The translations under genes and the position numbers were made by a program. Positions 13,344 through 25,717 of a stretch of DNA of 64,000 nt are shown one piece after another. The notes below the pieces were generated by a model. It made no database searches. It saw only the letters and a program-made list of their open reading frames with translations, and was not told where the DNA came from. Where the stretch lies: assembly GCA_051294375.1 (NCBI GenBank), contig CM119269.1, positions 1,628,537 through 1,692,536 on the forward strand, given 5' to 3'. The DNA is from Paraspadella gotoi (Eukaryota > Animalia > Chaetognatha). The stretch's first letter is position 1, and the number at the start of each line of letters is the position of its first letter.

Positions 13344-16041
13344 TCTCTCTCTCTCTCTCGCTTTGTTTACGTCTCTTATCACCATTCGGCAAGTATTCCT
13401 TTGTCAGGGTCACGACCCGCTTCTATCTTTCTCCTTCTTCTTTTCGTCGCCAGAAAGTCGAGTTTCTTGCAGAATACGATCCATTTTAAAATCATCTTTA
13501 AGGTCATGTTAAGAAACTATATGCATGTTTACATGTAACAAAGTAATTAAGTATTAATTGAAAAGACTTCATAGGGACTAATAATCAAATGAATGTCATA
13601 GCTTTTTTTTTCATTTTACAGTTTTACCGTCAGTTAATTCGTCGCGTCTGAAGTCTTAGACATACTAGTCTTAGGCCGAGTCTTAATCTAAGTCTTAGGC
13701 CTAGTCTTAGACTTACTCTTCGTCTTACTCTTAGTCTAAGCGATTTTATTTTTATGGGCACTTTGAGATGCGAGACATACAGGGACTTCAATCTGGAGCG
13801 ATACGAAAATTCTTGATTAAACTCGTAGTTATTTCGCTGTATATTATTTTTATATCATTTATTAATTAGAAAACTATTTGACGTTCATGTTGACCTAAAA
13901 AAATGTTAAAATTTCTTAATAGTATAATCACAGTGGCTCTCAAGCGCGGAGTCACTTTTCTTCTTTTTTTTCGTCCAAATTTTAAAAGTTTTTAACAATT
14001 TAACAATTTTAAACGTTGATTGTAATGTTATCTGTTATAAAAATTAAAAGATTTGGTGATAAAAAGTTAGTTTGGTGATTTGTTATTATAAAACAAAATT
14101 CTCATATAAAACCTTACCTTTTTACTTAGTAACTATTATTTATCCACCTAGTCGTCTTTTGTAATTTTTTTCCCCCAAGCTGCAATTTTTATTTTGAATA
14201 GATTTTAAAGGGACACGTGATGATTATTATAAAGTATTATTCTTATTATGAAAAAAAAATTTGATTCTGTTTCGTGATACATTTACTACAGTATCTTATT
14301 AATCATAAAAATTAAGCATGAAAAAAATTTAATTGCTTTAAATATCAAAGTAAAAAATTGAAAAAAATATTTAGCTCGAATGTTACAAATTGGTGGAAGT
14401 CAAATATTTTTTTATTAGTATATAACCTGATTGCTCTTCGTTTCGATTATATTACATTGTTCGTATCAGTCCTGATTGAAGTCCCTGTAGAGAAGCCAAG
14501 GACGGAAGGAAACTCCTTTTTTTTCCCTTTTTTTAATGTCGATTTTGACCGATTTTTTTTAAAGAAGAGAAAATACTAAAAAAAAATGTACAGGACTCGT
14601 AAAATTTGTTAACTTGTGCCAATTTGAAGTTAATAATTTAATTATTTTATATGCAGATGATGCTACTAAAGAGTTGCAGTTTGTCCTAAATGTTCTAAAA
14701 TGTTCTAAAATATTCTAAAATGTTCTACGGCTCCTTGTCCTCGTTTTCATTTCTGCCTTTTTCCCTCCGAAGTCATTCCTTCATTGTTTTGACGTTTTTA
14801 CCGATTTTTTCTCTTCAGTAATAAGTGATTCCGATTTTTATCCGGATCTACTTACAGCAGATTCCGGCTCTACGGTTCACTTTGTCGGTGCGTCGGTCTC
14901 GCCCCAAAGTCTCGTCGATTAGTCACTTAGATCATGATTTATGATAAATTAGACCAAAAAAATTGATGTCCGTCTGTCTGTCCATACTTCTCTTTGTCAG
15001 TCCATCCGTCCATCTATCTGTCCGTCCCCCCTAAGCTTTGAACGCAAATTACTCATGAGAGTGTTGAGCGATTTTCCTTTAAATTTTGTATGTGTGTAGA
15101 AAAATGTGTGATTGAGCTGGAAATCAAGTTTCGATGAAATCGTTTAAATGAAAACGAGTTTAAATAAAAAAAACAAACTAACTAGTTCATTATTTGATTA
15201 AGCTTTTTTTTGTATATAAATGTAAATTCAAGCTGTATTATTTATTTATTAATTAATTATTTAACTAATTAATAAATAAATGATTAATTAATTAATTGAA
15301 TTAATCTCTTCAAACTCTTCCATTAATTATTTAATTAATGCAATTGTCTGAGTGGAAAAGAATTAAAATGAAAAAAAAAACGGTTTTACTATTAGAATAT
15401 GCTTTTTTCTTTTTTCATTATTTAAACAAATAGATAATTGTGAGCATTGTTTTCTCAATGCTCACACTTATTTTACAGCTTTTGTCGTCTTCGTCGTCAT
15501 TCGATAAATCAAAGTTATATTTGTCAATGTATTTCCCCTCTTCAATTCGTTCTCGCCATCGTCGTCGTCGTCCGTCGTTCGTCGTCGTCGTTCGTCGTCG
15601 ATTCCTTGGTTTATTCGCCGTCGACTTAAAATCTCTCTGTCTTTTTTATTCATTCTCGTCATCTTCGTCGTCGTTCGTCGTTCGTCGTCGTCGTCGTCGT
15701 CGTTCGTCCGTCGTCGTTCGTCGTTCGTCGTTCGTCGTTCGTCGTCGAGGGCGAAATTAATTTTGTTTTGACGCTTCTGTTGATTTGACGACGTTCGTGA
15801 TTGGCGTTAAGGCGCAAAAGCTCAGCTCCAATTAGTGGGGGGCGTAAACAAAAGCCTCTTGTCAAAAGCCTCTTGTCTAAGATCTCCTGAAAGTGTTCCA
15901 ACTAAATTCTTTGTCCGTTAGTATGAATTACATCTTATAGATATGTATAATAATATAGGGTTAAGTACGTATCTGTTTAGAGAGAGAAAGAGAGAGAAAG
16001 AGAGAGAGAGCGAACTGAAAAATAATCTAAATAACACAAAT

Positions 16042-16072
<31 letters not shown>

Positions 16073-16754
16073 CAGATTTACCGCATCGATCCGACGAGTG
16101 ACGGGCTTCGACGTCGTAGAATAAGTGAGGAAATTTTAGAGCGCCGCTGACGCCACTCACGCCACTCGTGACGCCACGTAAAGGAAGAACGCTGAGCACG
16201 GTCCCGTTACGCAGATGAATTACGCCACTGGATCAAAAAAAAAAGGATTTATGCGTTTTAAATCTTGAGTGATTATTAAGGCTCACGTTGTCATCAGTTT
16301 AACTGGTTAATAATGCGTATTAAATATAATTTAATTTAAAATATAAAAATAAAAATAATTTAAATTAATTTAAAATTTTAATGTGTTTGTTTCCTCGTGC
16401 ATCAAAACGCGATTATTACTAGATGAAAATCCAAAAAAGGGCATATTTTTCAAAAGCGCCCTATTTCAAATTAAGTTAACTCAAGTTAGAACAAAGAGTT
16501 GGGGATTTGAATTAAAGATTAGGGGTTAAGGATTAAGTTAAGGTTAGGGATTATAGTTAAGGATGAGATTAAATTAGGAAAATAGTGCCTGACAAATGTC
16601 ATTATTCCGTTGTCGAAGAGAGGCCGCTAAGGCGATTGATTACCTGAGTCCATGACAAGTGGAAATGGCCACCTCAGATTCGCTCAATGAGGCATCCTGA
16701 GATTTTACTGTCCCGTGGTAGTAACAGTTGGCAGGGCGCTGTTTGATTGAATTG

Positions 16755-16823
<69 letters not shown>

Positions 16824-17778
16824 AAATTACAGCCTCCAACAAACTTTCACTTCTCTTAGCGGCAACAACGACAGCACCATCGAACAGCAGGACAACCTTG
16901 TCGGAGGCGACGGCGAAGTTTGCGGCGAAGAGCCTTCGATTCAGTTCGAGGCGAAGGCGAAGACGACTTCCGCCCACCGGAAGGAGAAAGTGGGCGTGGT
17001 TGACGTGACCGCGTCCCTGAAAAATGAAAACTTTTTCCTTTATCGATGATATCCAAGTCACCTCGAAATTTCTTTTGGGTTAATTTTTCTTTCGCCGATC
17101 GGGGTTAGGGGGGGTTAGGGTTAAGGGTAGTTTAGGGGTAGTTTAGGATTAGGGGGGTTAGGGCTAAAAGCGTTTTTTTAATAAATATTTTTAAATAATT
17201 TTTCAATAGACGACACAACCCCGGTCGGCGAACCTTCGTCCCTGTTTAAGGTCACGGCGAATCAACCCTACATTCATACAGCAAAACACGATACGATTTG
17301 AAACTCGCTGGTTGAAGATAAGAAGTTCAATGTAAACCTTCATGATTAAATTCTAAAATTTAATATTCAAGACCAAGTCTTCCGCAACTTTTCAGACTTT
17401 TTGCACTTTTTGAACATCATGGCGAAATTTTGATTTTTGAGTCTAAGAGTTTTAACTGAAATTTGTTGAAATATCTTTTAAATCGATATATTTTCTATCT
17501 GATAATTTTAATTTTGTGTCTCTCCGTCACTCCGCTTGACTCGGCTCACTTGATTTTATTAAATTATCGCATTATATTTTGACGTATATATAAATGTCGC
17601 CCACCCTCTTCCGTGCTGAGGCCGTATTTCCTGTGACGTCCTCTGCCTTGCAAAGGATAAAGAATCTCCACGCCGTCGTCATCATCGTCGTCGTCGGCGC
17701 TGTTGAGATAATTTTGAACGGCGTCGATGATATCTGCATTGAATTGTCGAATCTCTTCTTTCTCCTCTTGAATCGCAT
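3325..17778 (-). CDS. ADAM-family disintegrin and metalloprotease, non-catalytic UNC-71/mind-meld-like; signal-peptide exon not located
   Basis: Prodomain exons 17605-17778 (EILYPLQ..GLSTEE), 16831-17016 (LRLELNRRLFAANF), 16644-16738 (CYYHGTV..AISTCHGL), 16082-16227 (PHLFY..DRCG) and 12050-12099. Exon 11580-11885 has a furin-like RRRR then RLRVAVFCH. Protease-domain exons 11183-11326 (VFNLVD..LRLVHFE), 6093-6167 (IW..TLQNF), 5942-6029 (HDAAILLT), 5286-5394 (DSICS..AHAFSHNL, one extra base) and 4428-4678 (GLRHD..CLM..FSNCS..CL). Disintegrin exon 3883-4136 (CGNGVVEGVEECDCG..ECDTPEFCDG) and Cys-rich start 3458-3564. Tentative terminal exon 3325-3401. The 17605/17016 junction is off by one base (microexon or error). 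Confidence 0.9.
4277..4424. repeat. 21-bp intronic minisatellite (TTTAAAAAGCCTTCTAATTCC) x7
   Basis: Direct tandem units abutting the ADAM donor at 4426-4427. Explains the KELEGFL and SLLIPLK ORF repeats. Confidence 0.95.
4938..5172 (+). mobile_element. Dispersed GC-balanced repeat (SINE-like or unclassified non-autonomous element), copy 1
   Basis: Shares long blocks (CCAGTCACTGGCGCGGTTACCCTAGGACGGTCTCGCTTTGCCAAC; GGAAGTCGTTAGGACTGTGGA) with the reverse strand of 41972-42281. Confidence 0.75.
5427..5905. repeat. (GA)n/(GAAA)n/(GTAA)n compound microsatellite
   Basis: Visible directly. Similar (GA/CT)n tracts lie at 16760-16818, 22945-23039, 28230-28305, 28445-28526, 29067-29170, 32641-32945, 33610-33680, 35275-35370 and 46336-46430. 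Confidence 0.95.
7533..10619 (+). CDS. XK-related multi-pass membrane protein (XK/Xkr/CED-8 scramblase family-like), about 860 aa, nested antisense in an ADAM intron
   Basis: Exons 7533-7949 (LDVLDMTTDI..Y; XK-like HVIVESFPQFLLQ), about 8263-8886 and 9081-10619. The second intron is canonical and in phase. Many hydrophobic segments. The first donor is not GT as assembled. Confidence 0.7.
10736..10781 (-). ncRNA. Minimal type I hammerhead ribozyme of the Penelope-like element (PLE) kind
   Basis: Minus strand reads AAGTG-CTGATGA-AGGCTT-gcacta-AAGCC-GAAAC-AT-GTC-ctactt. Intact CUGAUGA/GAAA core, helix II, palindromic helix III and GUC triplet; helix I is bulged. Confidence 0.8.
14955..15145 (+). 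mobile_element. Possible DINE-1/HINE-like non-autonomous element fragment
   Basis: GTCCGTCTGTCTGTCC-type microsatellite followed by ..GATTTTCCTTTAAATTTTGTATGTGTGT.. . Loosely similar GTCCGTCGGTC tracts occur near 8010 and 37875. Confidence 0.3.
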
Positions 17779-19456
17779 CTGAATTACAATTTGAAAGAAA
17801 AAAGGAGTTGAAACATGAATTAAAGAATGAATTAAAGGCGGGAAGACTTTTTTTAAAAAAAAGGAATGTGAAGAAGAGAAGAATGTTCGAGTAATTCTAT
17901 GCTTAAAAAATAATTATTTTTAGATTCAATTGTATACCAAATTTTGGTAAAATTGTACATTCACTGTTTAGGATATTCTTAATCCTAACCACCCTTAACC
18001 TTAAATTCCCTTAACCTTAACGAAACTTTCTTTTTCTTTTCTTGTAGTATCAAACCCCGGAAATAATATATGCGAATGAAAAAATAACCAACTGGATCGG
18101 TTCCAGTCGGCGAAAGTAAAATAGTACCCGACTTTTCAATTTCACTAAAAAAAAAAAAGATGAAAGTAACAGAGCTTAAGAGATTAAAACCAATTAAAAC
18201 AAATAAACTATTGTGATATTTGGATTTTGTATTTTTTCATTTCACCGTAAAGAGAAACCGCACTGGAATGGTATTACCGGTGCCTGAAGTAAAAATTAAA
18301 ATTGCCCAAGGATATTAAACAATACTTAGTATTGTCCTATCTAAAATATTCTTTTTACTATTCGAATTCTTTTTTTTATATTTGAGGTGCAGAATACGAT
18401 CATCAATTCCGCTTTTCTCACTTGTCTATATGTCAAACATTTTATATATTATTTTAAATCAACAACGTTATGGATCCTAAATATACTTATGATGATATGG
18501 TCGTACATCCTTACTCAGTCTTAGGCAAATAAATTTGAAAATTGTTTTCAGAGGCAAACTGTATTTTAAGAGGTGAGACATCATTGAAATTGATGGAGAT
18601 AGCACATACAATATAACTTAAAATAAATTAAACTCTCTCATTTCAGTCTATTTTTGATAACGTGCAATTCAAATTATATCAAACTTGTAACGACAAGTAA
18701 GCCGAGATAAAAAATATTTGCAAACACTTCCGATTCTGGTTAAATAAAAATTTACCGATTAATTTACCTAAAAGGAAAAAATTGAAAGGATTACAGTAAA
18801 GTATATTTTCTACATATTTCCATACAGTTTTACAAACACTTTATTCCAGTTTCTTTAAAATTCGCAAAAAAATAAGAAATTTTATCATCAAAAATATGAA
18901 AAACAAATAATACAGAGGGGTTAAATTTAACAAGTTTTACAATAACTATTTCCACTATGTGATATGTACCAAAGGAAGAATACTGCCACAGGGGAATAGA
19001 AAATATTTCGATTTTAGAAACTGTTCATTTCTTCATCTCTGAAAATTGATAATATCGACATTTAACAGACTAGAGAAAAAGTATAAATATAATTTCTCTG
19101 GGACTTCATTCAATGACCACAATTTTTTTTTGGATGTGAGAAACCTTCAAATAACAGTTTCTCTTTTGATGTCAACTTGTGAACTCTATCGTGATAAATG
19201 TCATGTATTATCAGAGATAATAAATTATAAAAACATGTAAACAGGATTAAAGTCTGACAAGGAACAACATTTTCCTTTTTTTTTTGTTATATAACAAAAG
19301 TCGACATGTTCTCGATTTGCACCCATCGGATCGTTTTTTTGTTTTTTGAAATAAAAATTTTGATGTCAATAGCTAAGGCTTTTAAGGAATGTATATCGAT
19401 GGTATAAGAATTCACTTTTTCGGTAATGTAAAAAGCAAAAAAAAGCGCCATCGTTT

Positions 19457-22307
19457 TCATTGCGACACCGCCCTCAGGATCGCGTGAACTTCCTCGGCGA
19501 CGGCGGCCAACACAAACTCGAACTGCTCCCTCGTCCTGACGAGGTGCATTCTTTGATCCCTCAGATGTTCCAGAGTGGCGGCGATGTCGATTTCTTTAGC
19601 ACCCTTGTTGATACGGTTGAGCACCATATCCAACAAAATGTAGGTACCGGTTCTCCCGCAGCCCTCGCTGCAGTGAACGACAACCGGACATGCTCTCGAC
19701 CGATAGGACTTATTAACTTTTCTTCTAAAGTCCAAAAGCGCCTTGGTCGATCGCGGAACGCTGTTTTCCCTCCACGCCAAAAAGTGGAACTGGGTCACCG
19801 TACGGGTCTCCCCAGTGTGGAGGTTTTTTAAATAAAAGGATCGAACAAGAAATTCGTCGCACCAGACATGCTCGGATACGAGATGGACCTCATAGATGTG
19901 GTAGACGTTTGCTCCATCCTCGGGCCAGTACTGAGCGCACACGTGCTTGCCACTTTCGACTAGTCTAGTCAGCATTACAATAACGGTGCACCCTTGTTCC
20001 CAGATCATCTGCCAAAAGTCCGCTGTGGTGTGCTGCAACGGCCCTTGAGTGGCGATGTAAGCTGGACTTCGCGGGTCGTGGTCGAATATCAAGGATGCAT
20101 TGATGTATTCTCGACCGTTGACACTTAGGGCATTATTTAGGATGACTCTCGAGTGATCGTAAGGCAGAACGTCAGCGTATCTGTTCGTGGCCGAGTTCTC
20201 GGGTCTCGACGCGATTTGAGTGGAGCATGGGTCTGCCTCATACGCGCAAAGGCCCTCCCACTCTAGCATGAGGCGATCCTCATTTCTTAGATGATCTTCC
20301 ATATAGGCAAGGATGATATGACCTGTACTGATGTCCATGTTGGACACGACAGGTTCCTCGCTCCAAGAGGCGCCATTCCTCTGTTTAGCGCCATTCATCA
20401 TCGGGCCACCGCCCGACACGGTGGACCCGCCGTAAATGCTGGATGCTGCGGGACTAGCCCGACCAGTGGGTACGGGAGTGCTCCTCCCTTGCCTGGCGGC
20501 CACTGCCGACGTGTGAAGCTGCTCTCCTTTCTCGGCGCCCTGGTTCTGCATCCGCTGGCGGCAAAGGTCCTGGTAGTCTTTGTGCGGCTCTGTCTCGTTA
20601 CTCGAATCCGAAAGCCGTCGCAGTTTTGCCTTTGAACTTTCATGCCGTTTGATGGCGTAAATGGTGAGGGTGCCAATCACTCCAGCGGCGCCGATACTGC
20701 ACAAAACAAAAGAGAGCGAGGCAAATCTCGAATGCCGCGGGTGTTTCTCCACCATGTCGACCTGAGTCTTGTTTCCTAAACCATGCCCTATAATGCTCAG
20801 TCCCATGCCTTTTGTAACCAGTTGCTTCTTTTCCACGGCCTTTTGAATCGCCACGCTGGCATTCAGAGGAGAGCCCTCGTTCATGCGGAACGTCACCTGT
20901 GGCCCTCTTACGTTCACGTCTCGGAAATCGTTGGAGGAAATTCCGAGGACATCAGCGAGGTTGCGAAGGAGTAGGATTCCCTCGGCCTCGTCCTTAAACC
21001 TGCGATTGACCGTCAAATACCCGTAATTGTTTTGACGGTTTTTTGAGGAACCCCTACCGCGGTTCCTCTCTGACTGCAGGTTGTTTTGCCTGCCCCTCCC
21101 CGGCTTATCCGAAGAAGGCGCCTTCCCGTACGGCCGTCTCCCTCCGTGCCTGGAAGAGCTGTCTCCCTCGACAAAAGCTTCCGCGGAGGCCCCAAACACT
21201 ACGGCTTCCGTCTTTCCATTGTTTATCTTCAGCTCGAATTCCTTCAGCGGTATCTTCTCCCCCTTCAAACCCTTCCCCACCATATGAGCGGGAACGAAGG
21301 CGAACTTGTCGAGATGCCCGCCCTTGCGCAGATGCTCCTTGATGGGGCCCCACTTGCCGTTCTTCATTTCCGCCTCGTAGATCTCGTTCCCTTCTGGAGG
21401 GAGGTTGGGGGGATCGCCGAGAAACAATTCTTGTGAACCTGGTTTCGTCGATAGCGATGGGACGCCTCCTGGCGGATCATTCAGCTTCAACCAATCCAGC
21501 CCTCCCTCGATCCCGGCGGGATCCTCCAGGGTCGGGATCCCGCTCTCGTATCCCGTTATTTTCCCGTCCGTGTCGCGCTTGACCTTTTCGAAGATCTTGG
21601 CGACGGCGATGGCGGCCTTTACCTTCCCGATGACCCGGCCGCCCGGGTCCCTGACCTCGTGGGACTTTCCCACGTCGGAAAAGTTGCCCATGACGAAGAC
21701 GCGGCTCTCCCCGGTCTCCTTGGCGTCGCCCGATGGCTTGTAGGCCTTGCCCGTCAGCATGGCCTCCCAAATCTTGAGCAGCTCGTTCTCCACCGACTTT
21801 TCCTTCTTGCTCTCGTCCTCGTCTTCCTTCTTGAGCTTCTCGGCCGAACTCATCGGCGGCGCCTCGTTGCCGAGCAAGAGTCGCATCCCGCGCACCACCT
21901 CTTCCAGCTGCTTGCGAGACAGTTGCCTGGTCTCGTGCTCGATGTTCTGTACAGGGTGTAGAAAGGGGTTGGATGGCGAAGATAAAAAGAGAAAGAAAAG
22001 TAAAAAAAAAAGGGTGGGGAAAATAAAAAAAAGAAGAAAAGAAAAAAAAAACGAAAAAGAAAAAAAAACACGAGAGAAGGAAATAAAATGTATTCAGAAA
22101 AGGGAATTAGCAAAAAATTGTCGGTAAAAAAGAAAAGGAAAAAAGGGGAAAAATAAAAATGGTTTATAAACGATTTTATTGTCCATAAAAATTATATATT
22201 TTCAATTTTTACCTGTCCAGCCATTTTCTTGGCAGATAACTCGGCTAACAGAGCAATTGTGGCTGCAGATATTTCTCCCGGTGGAATATTCACATCATCA
22301 TCGCTGC

Positions 22308-22379
<72 letters not shown>

Positions 22380-22942
22380 TATAATAATAATAATAATAAT
22401 AATAGTATCGATTTGATGTAAAATTTGTTTAACAACGGTACTCACTTAGACGTCTGGGACCCTGACCACTTAGGTCTCCGACCTGAAGAAAAAGTTTTGT
22501 TTTCAACAAGTCCATTTTTAACTTTTCTATATTCTTAATAATTAACACCAACCTGGATGAACTGGGGATTCTGAAGTTTGAGAAGTAAGGTGGTTTTGAA
22601 AATTTTGTGGCGCTGTATCTGGATACTGCAGGTTTGTCCTTCCACTCTTGCTGGTACTTAAGTCGCCCCCATCACCTAAGAATGCAATTATATTGTTAAT
22701 TTTTTTTAAAAAATGATCGAACGAATTATTGTCCAGCTTTGAAATGTTGATCTTCCTTGTTCATCCGCGAATTACCTGGGAAATCCAAGTAGTCAAATGT
22801 ATCAGCACCATCTTCAAGTTCATGAAATTGCTCTTCACCACCAACTCCATGATATTGATTGATGGGATTTTCAATTGCGTGCCCTGAATTAGAAAGAGTA
22901 TTATAAATAATAAAGTGTGGCCGCAACAAGTTTCAGAGATTC

Positions 22943-23041
<99 letters not shown>

Positions 23042-25300
23042 CCTCCGCCCTACCTTGCGGGTTCGCGCCACGGACGTAGCTTAGAAGCTCCTTTGCTTCC
23101 GATAGGTCAGAGTTTCTGTTGTCTACCGGTTTGGCGTAGTAGGTTCGGCCGCCGCCGCGGTCCGCGCTGTGCGGGACTCGATGCCGCGCGGCCTGGGTGT
23201 CGGAGAACGAGTCGTAGTAACCGTCCCTGTAGTCATCGTCATTGTCGTAGTTGGCCCATCCGTCAGAATTTGAGGGATACCAACTGTCGACGAATCTGAA
23301 AAAAAAAAAAACTTGAATTAAACTAATTTAATTAGTAATATTGATTGAATTTCATTGAAATTCGGATGAGAGCAATTACAAATTTGAAGACGACACTGCA
23401 CATTACTATCGAACTATTGTTTTTTTTTAAAGATTTTATAATAAAATGTCTTATCACCTTTGATTTTGTGGGGTTCGTGATCCTTGTCGGTACTGATGCT
23501 TTTGGCGATCCATTCCGTTGATTCCCTGTATTTCATCTCTGCCACTCATTTTATCCATTTTATCCATTTTATCCATTTCATCCATTTCATCCATTCTATC
23601 GGAAGCGGAGGTTCTTCCTCGCCCCCTTTCTCCCTCCTCTTTGTGGCTCGAACCTTTTGATTTTAAAAAAAGAGGTAAAGTCAACTGAGATGGAATCAAA
23701 TGAAATTGGTACAACCAATATAAAAATCATTCATTCATTTAATAAATAAGCCATCCTGCCCCTGATTTTGGACAGGCTTTGGTGGTTTTAATTCCCCCAT
23801 CACTATTACAAGATAATGACACGCAGGTCCCTTTCAATCAAGACTCTCACAGTCTCGTTTATTCACTCCAGAGTACCTGGCTTCCCTATCAATGAAGTGG
23901 TATAATGTTTCAAAGAATGTTTCAATTGTATGAAAGACCACTCCCTCAAGTATTAGATCGGGGAATACTATATTGTACTCCGCCAAGCATCAAAATTACA
24001 AGGAGCTAAATTTTCATGAAATATTTTTGATTATTTTATTTAATAAAAAAAAGTATTGTCATAAAAATAAGATTTGAAAGGTTCGATGCCATCTTACCTT
24101 CGGTTTCTGCAGCTGAAGCAGCGACAAAAAGTCGCCCATGTCTCCGCCGCCGCCGGATGCTGCGTCCCTCGCTCTGCGCGCCCGTCGTTACGGTTGTGCT
24201 GCAGCGAGCGCTTGGACGGTTCGTCCGAAAACTCGACGGCGTCGTCAGATTTGTCGGTCGGCGCTCGCGTCTGTCGTTCGAGGAAAGAGAGGCCGTTGTC
24301 GGCCAACGAGTCGGCTTCGTAGCCGGGGATGCTTCTTCCTCTTGGCGTCGTCGTCGGCGCCGGCGTTGACGGAGCGCGCGGGGCGTCGGTGCTCGTCGTC
24401 AAAGTACCCGTGATCCGTCAGCATCTTGTCCAGTCTGGCGATAGTCGCGGCTCGACGGCGGCGGACGCTGCGGCGCCACCTTTTGGACCTCTTTGGACTC
24501 GGTGCAGTTGTCGTGAAGGTCCTTGACCGTTAGATCCTTGTAGACCGGGTTGCCCATCCAGCTCGAGGATGCCGCGCATCAACGCACTGAGATGAGATGA
24601 GATGAGATGCAAAAAGAATAACAAAAAAATCGATGAATAATTGAAATTCTATAATTTTTGTTTTTTCCTGAATTCCTTCTCAATTGAATTCGCCAATAAT
24701 TTTTAATTTGCGAACGCGAAATACGTCGTCCAACAACTTTGATCAATCGACTAACGAGGACGTCCAAATTGACCAATCAAAAAAGCGAAGAAAAAGAATC
24801 ACCTGCGTAAATCCATCTTTCCAGGTAAAAGATTTTTGCATCAAAAGAGAAATCTCGGCCTCGAGCAGTTCCAGCGTGTCCGAGTCGAGATCCAGTCTCA
24901 AGGGGTGCTTGTGCAGCTCTTTGTTCAAGCATTGCCCGAACAGGTTGTCCTCTAGACAAACCTGGGGTGGGGGGGACGAGGGAGGAAAGTGGAGGAAAGA
25001 AGAGAAGAGGGAAAAGGAGATTAAAAAAATAAAGAAAAGAGGTGGAGGAAAAAGTGAAAGAGAAGGGAAAGAAAAGTAGAAATGAAAGAAAAGTAAAGAG
25101 AGGAAAAATGGGGATAAAAGAAAAATTCAATTAAAAAAAAAAAATGTATTCCGTTGTACTACGGTGTACGGACAAACTCCGACACCGCGAAAAAAAAATT
25201 AGGTGACCATTAGAAAAAAACTTACCTCACTTTTGTCACAAAGGTCTCTGGAACTGAATTTGCAGCCTGCAAAAGAACGAAAAGGATGGAAAGGGAGAGG

Positions 25301-25345
<45 letters not shown>

Positions 25346-25717
25346 AATTAAGACAACATTTTTCTATCGCCGTCGATTCCCTCCCACGCGCGGTCTCATC
25401 TGTTCTTGAACGCTTTCCCAAAATTACCCACACATTGATGCCCACATTGATTGCCCACACTCATCCGTTCCAACCTCTCGTCCACACTCACCGATCTTCC
25501 CGGGAATCCATTGAGAAGCCTCCGCGTTGTCCGCGACGACGACGACGACTATCGCGACGACGACGACGACGAGCAACTGGACGAACGGGGCGACACTAGA
25601 GGGGGTGGAACGGCGCGAATACCCAAGCGGCGACGTCGGCCCGGCTTCACGCCGAGACCACGAACCGGCGTCGGTCGGCGGGAGGACGTGGAGGCGGCGT
25701 CTCCGAAGCGGCGTCAT
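19457..25717 (-). CDS. PTPRN: Receptor-type tyrosine-protein phosphatase N/N2-like (IA-2/phogrin/IDA-1), dense-core vesicle pseudophosphatase
   Basis: Exon 25492-25717 carries the signal-like [17 protein letters not shown]. Exons about 25226-25266 and 24803-24961 give RESP18-like [30 protein letters not shown]. Then about 24098-24587 (frameshifted), 23458-23653, 23054-23296, 22777-22883, 22553-22675, 22446-22482, 22213-22303 and 19457-21946. The last exon has ectodomain [48 protein letters not shown] domain [11 protein letters not shown] and the C-terminal [15 protein letters not shown]. Confidence 0.95.
22308..22403. repeat. (AAT)n microsatellite
   Basis: Visible directly, inside a short IA-2 intron; source of the poly-Asn ORF. 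Confidence 0.95.
23705..23945 (+). mobile_element. Dispersed non-autonomous repeat family; other copies at about 25775-26045, 12988-13090 and 8935-9035
   Basis: Shared blocks TTTAATAAATAAGCYAT..CCCTGA, TTACAAGATAATGAC..GCAGGTCCC and GGCTTCCCTATCAATGAAG. Confidence 0.75.

Noticed and set aside
17100-17165. TTAGGG-like tract as an interstitial telomere
   Set aside because: Only a few degenerate units inside an intron; too short to infer telomeric origin or taxon.
19460-21961. Plus-strand ORFs overlapping IA-2
   Set aside because: Antisense shadows of a GC-rich coding exon with no independent motifs.
24098-24587. Programmed frameshifting or pseudogenisation in IA-2 exon 4 (and RSPH4/6 exon 1)
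   Set aside because: Multiple scattered single-base indels like those elsewhere in this assembly, with the rest of both genes intact.
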